Positions 26,121 to 32,000 of a stretch of 32,000 nucleotides of DNA are shown here, one piece after another. Each line of letters begins with the position of its first letter. Position 1 is the first letter of the stretch. The notes under the pieces were generated by a model that saw only the letters and a list, made by a program, of their open reading frames with translations, had not been told where the DNA came from and did no database searches. Source of the DNA: an uncultured archaeon. GTDB lineage: Archaea > Iainarchaeota > Iainarchaeia > Iainarchaeales > DATDZZ01. The stretch is taken from contig CAYJVY010000008.1 of NCBI GenBank assembly GCA_964373795.1, positions 1-32,000 of the forward strand, in the 5' to 3' direction. A program made the position numbers and the translations under genes.

Positions 26121-26768
26121 TCACCAACTCAAAATTTGATCAATATTAATTTCTTTCAAAGAATTCACAATTAAGTTTGCTTCTTTCAAATCCTCTTCTG
26201 TAGTGTAATTACTCTTTAATGCAATGCATTTCATTCCAGCTCTTCTAGCAGCTTTGACTCCATTAAATGTGTCTTCGATTACTACACAGTTTTTTGGTTT
26301 TTCATTTAAATCCTTTGCTGTTTTCAGAAAAATGTCTGGAGCTGGTTTGGAATTTGCAACATTTTCTGCGGAGTTTGTTATTTCAAAATATTTTGCAATA
26401 TTTAATTTATTTAAAATTATTTTAATTTCTTTAACTGAAGAAGAAGTCGCTAAACCAATTTTTGTATTTCTTTTTTTGAAAGCTTTAACTAACTCAATTG
26501 CTCCATCAATTGGTTTCAATTCTTTTTTCAGCATTTCAAAATAGTTTTCCCTTCTCTCAGCTATTAATTTTTCAATGCTTGGAGGTAAATTATATTTTTC
26601 TTTTAAATGTGTCCAAACTTCTTTTGCTCCTCTTCCCATGCCATAAATATAATCTTCTTCATCTAATTTTGCATTGAACCTTTTTAACACAATATTATCT
26701 GCTTTGTCATGTACTTTTTCTGTATCAACTATTACTCCGTCCATGTCAAAAATAATTGCTTTAATCAT
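26121..26768 (-). CDS. HAD-IA hydrolase, beta-phosphoglucomutase / sugar-phosphatase-like
   Basis: IIFDMDGVIVDTE, ATSS, KPAPDIF and EDTFNGVKAARRAGM motifs. ATG at 26768 has GGTGA 7 nt upstream. Confidence 0.8.
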   Translation of the reverse strand: MIKAIIFDMDGVIVDTEKVHDKADNIVLKRFNAKLDEEDYIYGMGRGAKEVWTHLKEKYNLPPSIEKLIAERRENYFEMLKKELKPIDGAIELVKAFKKRNTKIGLATSSSVKEIKIILNKLNIAKYFEITNSAENVANSKPAPDIFLKTAKDLNEKPKNCVVIEDTFNGVKAARRAGMKCIALKSNYTTEEDLKEANLIVNSLKEINIDQILSW

Positions 26769-26784
26769 TTGTTTTTCACCAATG

Positions 26785-28548
26785 TCATTTAACTGTAACA
26801 CTTTTTGCAAGGTTGCGTGGGTAATCTGGATTGATGCCTTTTCTAATGCTTACAAAATATGCAAGTAATTGAATTGGAATTAAATTCATTAATGGAAAGA
26901 ATTTTTCTGTTGCAGGGACTTGAATGAATTCTCCAATTCCAGGATTTTCAGATCCAATGCAAATTACTTTTGCTCCGCGAGATTTCACTGTATTTGCATT
27001 GCTTAAAGTGTCATTTTTTGTTTCATCTTCTGAAAGCAATACAATGCAAGGAATTCCTTCCTCAATTAGCGCTAGAGGCCCATGCTTTATTTCTCCTCCA
27101 GGAAAACCAATTACTGGAAGATAGCAAACTTCTTGCAATTTAATTGCAGCTTCAAGCGCAATAGGGTAATTCATTCCTCTACCCAAAACAAACAATTTTT
27201 CCTTGGATTTAATTTTTTCCGCCAGGGTTTGAATTTGTTCAATGAAAGAATTGTTTGAAAGCAATTTACTTAAATCGTTTAAAGCTTTTTCTAATTCTTT
27301 GCTGTTTTTTTCAAAAGAGTTTGAAAGCAAAAACGCAAGCACGTAAGCAATAATTATTTGTCCAGTAGTTGATTTAGTTGAAGCAACTGCTTTTTCAATT
27401 CCTGCACAAACAGGAATTACTATATTCGATTTGCGATGCATTGAAGTGTTTTCAGCGTTAATTATTGAAACAATTTTTGCCCCGCGTGATTTTGCAATTT
27501 CTATTGCTTCAAGAGTATCAGCTGTTTCTCCTGATTGAGAAACAGCAATTACAATTGTTTTTTCATTAACGAATTTTGCAAAGTTTTCGAATTCAGATGA
27601 AACGCATGCAATGCATTCCTTTCCTCCAAATCTTGAAAAAATATATTGAGCAAGTAAAGCAACTTTGTGTGCAGTGCCTGCTCCAATAATGAAAACTTTT
27701 TCTGCTTTTTTAATTATTTCAGCTGCTTTAAGTGCTTCTTGTTTGCTTTCTTTAAAAGCTTGAAAAACAGAAAACTTTTGATCCATTATTTCTTTTAACA
27801 TTAAATGTTCAAACACGTTTTCTTCACTTTTATTGTTTCTGTTTATTTCTTCAATTCTTTTTTTTACTTTAACTTCTTTTTTTGAATTTAAGTCAATAAT
27901 TTTGATTTTGGAATTCATTGAAGTCATTTCATTGTCCTCTAAATAAATTGCTTTTCTCACTTTAAGTGGAAATGCTTGAATATCTGATGCTATAAAGAAT
28001 TGTTTTTTATTTATTCCTATAATCAATGGTGAACCATTTTTTACTCCAATGATTTCATTAAAATCTTCATGCATTGCAACGAAAGCATATCTTCCTTCAA
28101 GTTTTTTTACAGCTTCAAAAACTGCTTCTTCAAAGTTTTTTTTCTGGCAAAAAAATTCAATTAATTGAGGAATGACCTCTGAATCTGTTTCAGTTTCAAA
28201 AATTATTCCTTTTCCTTGCAAGAAACTCTTTATTTCTTGAAAGTTTTCAATTATTCCATTATGCACTACAGAAATTTTTTTATTTAAAGAAAAAATTGGA
28301 TGAGTGTTTTCCAAGCAAACCTTTCCATGTGTTGCCCACCTAGTATGCCCAATTGCTTCAAGGCTTGGAATTTTTTTTTCAAGCAAAGCTGAACTAATTT
28401 TTCCAACTTTTTTCACTGTTTCTAAGGAATTGTGTTTTTTGAAGGCAATTCCCCAAGAATCGTATCCTCTATATTCAAGTTTTTTTAATCCTTCAAAAAC
28501 TAGTTGAACTGCTTGAGTAGAGTTAATTGCTCCAATTATTCCACACAT
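26785..28548 (-). CDS. glmS: Glutamine--fructose-6-phosphate aminotransferase (isomerising)
   Basis: The obligatory Met-Cys start MCGIIGA (ATG at 28548), HTRWATHG, two SIS domains (SQSGETADT), and the C-terminal DYPRNLAKSVTVK. Confidence 0.95.
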   Translation of the reverse strand: MCGIIGAINSTQAVQLVFEGLKKLEYRGYDSWGIAFKKHNSLETVKKVGKISSALLEKKIPSLEAIGHTRWATHGKVCLENTHPIFSLNKKISVVHNGIIENFQEIKSFLQGKGIIFETETDSEVIPQLIEFFCQKKNFEEAVFEAVKKLEGRYAFVAMHEDFNEIIGVKNGSPLIIGINKKQFFIASDIQAFPLKVRKAIYLEDNEMTSMNSKIKIIDLNSKKEVKVKKRIEEINRNNKSEENVFEHLMLKEIMDQKFSVFQAFKESKQEALKAAEIIKKAEKVFIIGAGTAHKVALLAQYIFSRFGGKECIACVSSEFENFAKFVNEKTIVIAVSQSGETADTLEAIEIAKSRGAKIVSIINAENTSMHRKSNIVIPVCAGIEKAVASTKSTTGQIIIAYVLAFLLSNSFEKNSKELEKALNDLSKLLSNNSFIEQIQTLAEKIKSKEKLFVLGRGMNYPIALEAAIKLQEVCYLPVIGFPGGEIKHGPLALIEEGIPCIVLLSEDETKNDTLSNANTVKSRGAKVICIGSENPGIGEFIQVPATEKFFPLMNLIPIQLLAYFVSIRKGINPDYPRNLAKSVTVK

Positions 28549-28706
28549 GATAAAAAAGTACTGCAAGGCAGATATTTAAAGACTTATAAATAAAACTTCA
28601 ATCCGTTATAAATTTCTTTATAACTATTCAAACTTATATTTAAAAGAATTTCCTTTTAACAATATGTTTATATTATAAGATTTTTTTTACTAGTATAAAG
28701 TTTTGT

Positions 28707-29681
28707 TTGTATTCAGTGATTGTTTTGATTGGTGAATTAGTTTTTGACTCTAAGGGAAAGAGAATTGTTTTACAGTCTGATGTTCGTGAATCTGTAAAGG
28801 GTTTGAAGCCTTTGCTTAACGAGAATTGTTGGCAGATTTTGCGTCTTTTGGCTGTAAAGTCTTTGTATCCTGCTCAGATTGCTAAAGAACTTGACTTGCA
28901 TGAGCAAAGAGTTTATTATTTTGTCAAACTTTTACGTAAAGCTGGATTAATTGAGGTTGAAAAGAGTGTGGAATTGAATGGTGCTTTGGCTAAATATTTT
29001 AAACCAAGTTTTGAAGCAATTTCTTTTGTTCTAGGCTCTGGAAATGCAAGGACTGCTAGAGTTGTTTCTTTGCAGCAGAAAAAAATGTCTTCAGATGTAG
29101 CTGAATTTTTTTCTCCGTTTATTTTAAATGGTAAACTGAATGCAAAAATTGTTGTAGGCAATCCTGATCCTCATGGAGAATTTAAGGCCCGCGCTAGAGA
29201 TAATTACTTAGCTGCTGATTTAACTGCTTTTCTTTCTTCTCTTTGCTCTGAAGTTAATTTGCCTTTAGTTTTTTTGGATACAAGTATTTCTTCAATTGAG
29301 CAGGAGAATTCTAACTTGATTTTAATTGGAGGAATTGTTACTAACAAGCTTTCTCTTCAAATAAATCATTTGCTGCCAATAAAATTTGTTTCTCATGGAG
29401 GGCATTGGATTATTAGTTCAACTCTTTCTGGCAAGGATTTTGCTGAAGATTTTGTTGGCATAGTGCAAAAAATTCCTCATCCAAAGTTTAAGGATAAAAG
29501 CATTTTAGTTATTGCAGGTAATCGCGCACAAGGAACTAAGGCAGCTATTCTTTCTCTTGCAAAAAGCCTTCACTCTATTATCAAGCCTAATGCTTTTAAT
29601 AAAAACTTTTTTGCTCATGTAGTTGAAGGCCTTGACTTGGATGCAGATGGAGAAATAGATGAAGTGGAATTAAAAGAGTAG
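28707..29681 (+). CDS. wHTH (ArsR/TrmB-like) N-terminal domain fused to an uncharacterised C-terminal domain of about 210 aa
   Basis: CWQILRLLAVKSLYPAQIAKELDLHEQRVYYFVKLLRKAGLIE is a classic ArsR-type wHTH. I did not recognise the C-terminal domain (NLILIGGIVTN, ILVIAGNRAQGT). The start codon is uncertain (track start is TTG). Confidence 0.65.
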   Translation: MYSVIVLIGELVFDSKGKRIVLQSDVRESVKGLKPLLNENCWQILRLLAVKSLYPAQIAKELDLHEQRVYYFVKLLRKAGLIEVEKSVELNGALAKYFKPSFEAISFVLGSGNARTARVVSLQQKKMSSDVAEFFSPFILNGKLNAKIVVGNPDPHGEFKARARDNYLAADLTAFLSSLCSEVNLPLVFLDTSISSIEQENSNLILIGGIVTNKLSLQINHLLPIKFVSHGGHWIISSTLSGKDFAEDFVGIVQKIPHPKFKDKSILVIAGNRAQGTKAAILSLAKSLHSIIKPNAFNKNFFAHVVEGLDLDADGEIDEVELKE

Positions 29682-29746
29682 ACTTTTATACTCTTTTAAA
29701 CAAAATTTCATTAGAAGCTATAAGAATTTTTAATACTCTTGAAGCT

Positions 29747-29944
29747 TTGTTGAATAAAAAATTAGCTGATAATCTTGTTAGACAAAACATTGAAGACTTG
29801 TTTAAATTATTTCCTTCTGCAAAAAAACAGTATTTAGCGCGCGTAAGGAATTCTGGAAAACCTTCATTGAGAACAAGGGTTAAAGAGTTTCCTGGAAAAG
29901 CTTTTAATTTTTTAAAATCAAGGCTTTCCCTTAGAAGACCCTGA
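29747..29944 (+). CDS. Hypothetical small basic protein (65 aa), doubtful
   Basis: The ORF has only TTG starts and no ATG. It is Lys/Arg-rich and followed by a T-tract. No recognisable family. Confidence 0.25.
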   Translation: MLNKKLADNLVRQNIEDLFKLFPSAKKQYLARVRNSGKPSLRTRVKEFPGKAFNFLKSRLSLRRP

Positions 29945-29989
29945 TTTTTTTAAAACATTTAGGTTAAGCTAGGCGAAAATAAAAAAATA

Positions 29990-30008
29990 AAGGAAGTTTT
30001 TCTTCCTT
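29990..30008. terminator. Perfect 7-bp hairpin AAGGAAG-TTTTT-CTTCCTT between convergent genes
   Basis: Read directly. It is flanked by A/T runs and overlaps the stop codon of the minus-strand lipoprotein gene. Confidence 0.5.
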
Positions 30009-30360
30009 ATCCTAAAGCAATTTCTACATTTGTTGTTTGTCCTTCAGATATATTGAATTCATTTGAATTAACCTTGTTTGTTGTATTAGCATCGTATGCT
30101 ACTGCATAGTAAGTATCCGGATCTACTTCAAAAGTTGTTTCTCCAGAAGCATCTGTGAATTGATTAAATGTTTGTTGATTTGAAGTAACGCTAATAAGGT
30201 TGACTTCTACTCCTTCTAAAGGATTTCCTGAACTCGCATCTAGCACTTTTACAGTCGCTTCTCCTGTTCCAGGGCTGAGTACAGGAGGGCCAACACACCC
30301 TGCAACTAAAACTGCTATGATTAATATTCCTATTAATATTTTGAAATTCATTTTTTTCAC
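30007..30360 (-). CDS. Small secreted/lipid-anchored protein with a carboxypeptidase-regulatory-like (Ig-like beta-sandwich) domain
   Basis: Signal peptide MKKMNFKILIGILIIAVLVAGC with a lipobox-like VAGC. ATVKVLDASSGNPLEGVEVNL...TDASGETTFEV is typical of CarboxypepD_reg-like folds. Confidence 0.65.
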   Translation of the reverse strand: MKKMNFKILIGILIIAVLVAGCVGPPVLSPGTGEATVKVLDASSGNPLEGVEVNLISVTSNQQTFNQFTDASGETTFEVDPDTYYAVAYDANTTNKVNSNEFNISEGQTTNVEIALG

Positions 30361-30400
30361 CTTCTATATTTTAATTACCATAAAATACATGAATTAGTAT

Positions 30401-30414
30401 TATTTAAATCTTTT
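30401..30414 (+). promoter_or_regulatory. Third copy of the TATTTAAATCTTT promoter block, upstream of the acidic micro-ORF
   Basis: The first 13 nt of TATTTAAATCTTTT (30401-30413) match 82-94 and 30762-30774. It lies about 90-100 nt upstream of ATG 30501. Confidence 0.4.
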
Positions 30415-30500
30415 ATATTTGTTAGTTAAAACCTTCTGGTTTTTAAATTTATCTCATAATATTTAATTGATATTAATTTTACTTTTTGGAGGTAAGTTTA

Positions 30501-30626
30501 ATGCAATTAGAAATGTTAAGATATAAATTCCAAGACGATGACGATTCAGATGAAGGGGACTGGGATGACTCTGATGAAGATGATGATGATTCAGACGACT
30601 CAGATGAAGGAGAACAAGACGAGTAA
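30501..30626 (+). CDS. Unannotated 41-aa hyper-acidic peptide MQLEMLRYKFQDDDDSDEGDWDDSDEDDDDSDDSDEGEQDE
   Basis: My own translation; it is below the ORF-track size cutoff. GGAGGT lies at 30488-30493, 7 nt before the ATG. It has its own TATA-like block and a T7 tract downstream. It contains an internal duplication, GA(C/T)GA(T/C)TCAGATGAAGG(G/A)GA (DDSDEG twice). Confidence 0.5.
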   Translation: MQLEMLRYKFQDDDDSDEGDWDDSDEDDDDSDDSDEGEQDE

Positions 30627-30761
30627 CTTTAATGCCTTTCCTATTTTTTTCATTTAAATTGCTAGGTTAAATCTATTTCTATTTTTTTATTCTTTTAATG
30701 ATTTATTTTTACACTTCCTTTGTTTAATTTCTTGCAAACTTTCTTGCAGACGAGGAAAACT

Positions 30762-30777
30762 TATTTAAATCTTTCTT
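30762..30777 (+). promoter_or_regulatory. Candidate promoter of the rpl1-rpl10 operon, TATTTAAATCTTTCTT
   Basis: The 16-mer is identical to 82-97 upstream of rpl21e, and AATTAATTA follows 6-7 nt later in both. It implies a leader of about 135 nt before rpl1. Confidence 0.5.
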
Positions 30778-30833
30778 AGACTTAATTAATTATAATATTG
30801 GTAAAAAACTTTTTTTACCGTTATCACCACTTT

Positions 30834-30886
30834 AACGATTTTTCGTTGCAAATTTCGTGAGCGATTTTTTGTCAACGAGTTTTCGT
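30834..30886 (+). promoter_or_regulatory. CpG-rich palindrome cluster in the rpl1 leader: AACGA-TTTT-TCGTT, TCG-TGAG-CGA and AACGA-GTTT-TCGT
   Basis: Hairpins/palindromes at 30834-30847, 30855-30864 and 30874-30886. The first and third are near-identical and 40 nt apart. CpG density is unusual for this genome. Confidence 0.4.
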
Positions 30887-30925
30887 AAACCTTTTTTCTA
30901 AAAAGTTTTGTGGGAGGACTATAAA

Positions 30926-31597
30926 TTGAATAAGAATCAAGTATTGGATGCCCTTAAATTAATGCGTGAAAAATCTAAGGAACGGAAATTTAAGCAGTCA
31001 GTTGATTTGACTATTACTTTTCGTGGATTGGATTTTAAGAAACCTGATAGCGCTATTTCATTGGAACTGAATTTGCCTAACCCTGTTTCAGCTAGGAAAG
31101 GAGCTGCAAAAGCTTTGTTGTTTGTAAGGGATTCAGGTTTTGCTTTACAGGCAAAGGATTTGGTTGCAAGAATTATTAATGAAAACGAAATTCATGCCCT
31201 TAAAAAGAAAGATGCCGAGCAATTGGCTTCAGAGTTTGATGTTTTATTAGCTGAGGGGCCTGTAATGCTTACTGTTGCAAAGTATTTAGGACAAATTTTG
31301 GCTCCGAAAGGAAAAATGCCTCGCCCTGTTCAGACAAGCATTCCTCAATTAGAGTCAATGCTTAAAACCGGGCATTCTTTGACAAAGGTTTCAAACAAGA
31401 AGGGAAAAAATATTCCAATGATTCATGTAAAGGTTGGAACTCAAGAATCAAGTGATAATGAATTGGCTGAAAATGTTTTAACAGTGTATAATGCTGTTGA
31501 AGAAAAGCTTCCGGGGAAAAAGCAAAACGTTAGATCAATTTATTTAAAGTTTACAATGGGGCCACCGGTTAAGATTGGAGCAGGTGAAGCAAAATGA
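30926..31597 (+). CDS. rpl1: 50S ribosomal protein L1
   Basis: MNKNQVLDALKLMREKSKERKFKQSVDL... is a typical L1 N-terminus. A TTG start at 30926 lies 8 nt after GGAGG (30913-30917); the track start 30908 is also TTG. ATGA overlap with rpl10. Confidence 0.9.
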   Translation: MNKNQVLDALKLMREKSKERKFKQSVDLTITFRGLDFKKPDSAISLELNLPNPVSARKGAAKALLFVRDSGFALQAKDLVARIINENEIHALKKKDAEQLASEFDVLLAEGPVMLTVAKYLGQILAPKGKMPRPVQTSIPQLESMLKTGHSLTKVSNKKGKNIPMIHVKVGTQESSDNELAENVLTVYNAVEEKLPGKKQNVRSIYLKFTMGPPVKIGAGEAK

Positions 31598-32000
31598 CTA
31601 GACATGTTCGTGAATGGAAGGAAAAAGAATTTCAAACCATTAAGTCATTGGTTTCAGAATACCCTGTAATTGGAGTAGCTGATTTATCTTTGTTTCCTGC
31701 TTCGTTGTTTCAAAGTTTGAGAAAAAAATTGCATGGAAAAGCAGTTGTAAAGGTTTCAAAGACTAGAGTAATTAAAAAAGCTTTGCAGGAAACTGCTTTA
31801 AAGAATTCAAAGTTAGTTGACAATGTAAAGGGTTCTTGTGGATTGATTTTTACTAAAATGAATCCATTTGAATTATATTCTTTTATTAAAAAGAATAAAG
31901 GAGCTAGTGCTGCAAAGCCTGGAATGATTGCTCCTGAAGATATTCTTGTAACATCTCAGGATACTGGTATTCCGCCTGGCCCTGCTTTAACTGATTTAAA
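31594..32000 (+). CDS. rpl10: 50S ribosomal protein L10 / acidic phosphoprotein P0 (5' partial, runs off the window)
   Basis: My translation from ATG 31594 gives MTRHVREWKEKEFQTIKSLVSEYPVIGVADLSLFPASLFQSLRKKLHGKAVVKVSKTRV..., the typical archaeal P0 N-terminus. The frame is open to the window end, and the position after rpl1 is canonical. Confidence 0.85.
   Translation, partial: MTRHVREWKEKEFQTIKSLVSEYPVIGVADLSLFPASLFQSLRKKLHGKAVVKVSKTRVIKKALQETALKNSKLVDNVKGSCGLIFTKMNPFELYSFIKKNKGASAAKPGMIAPEDILVTSQDTGIPPGPALTDL

Noticed and set aside
28584-28678. Four TTATAA palindromes in the glmS / wHTH divergent spacer, considered as an operator array
   Set aside because: An AT-only hexamer is expected by chance at this composition, and the sites probably just reflect TATA boxes. 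No longer shared flanks were seen.
29663-29944. Possible programmed frameshift fusing the wHTH protein to the downstream small basic ORF, whose frame is open from 29663 and overlaps the wHTH stop at 29679-29681
   Set aside because: No canonical slippery heptamer or downstream structure is visible at the overlap. The downstream ORF has no family resemblance, so chance openness in a short stretch is more likely.

Overview
Strongly AT-rich archaeal chromosome segment. Gene order, short tightly packed genes, GGAGG/GGTGA Shine-Dalgarno sites and ATTTAAAT-type TATA boxes suggest a small DPANN-like genome (taxon is inference). The standard genetic code fits every ORF. I found no transposase, integrase, CRISPR array or tRNA. 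Left to right: (1) a GC-rich 21-bp tandem repeat cut by the window edge. (2) The conserved plus-strand cluster rpl21e-rpoF-DUF655-ksgA. (3) A minus-strand nucleotide-metabolism block: pyrF, AMP phosphorylase, a membrane protein, a coiled-coil ORF, then pyrE and a lone 5S rRNA. Upstream of the 5S gene lies one translationally coupled operon, pyrB-pyrI-GT2-pyrD-REC-pyrK-GNAT-pyrC. (4) An AbiEi/AbiEii module with repeated operator-like sites. (5) A ribose-1,5-bisphosphate isomerase-type eIF2B-family gene. (6) ftsZ-secE-spt5-rpl11 on the plus strand. (7) About 11 kb of mostly minus-strand DNA separating rpl11 from rpl1. It holds a vapB/truncated-PIN pair, a 21-bp perfect direct repeat, and one long operon, glmS-HAD-glmM-[four unknown paralogs]-suhB-glmU. 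It also holds a divergent wHTH protein, small orphan ORFs, a lipoprotein and an unannotated 41-aa poly-Asp/Glu peptide. (8) rpl1 and a partial rpl10(P0). The best candidate for something undescribed is the tandem array of four diverged paralogs at 22545-24753. They share a conserved N-terminal NVLVHPLY head, an FGE[HY]xxxCV core and polybasic tails, and are hard-wired into the UDP-GlcNAc operon. Secondary candidates are the receiver-like gene between pyrD and pyrK, the acidic micro-ORF, and the palindrome-rich rpl1 leader.
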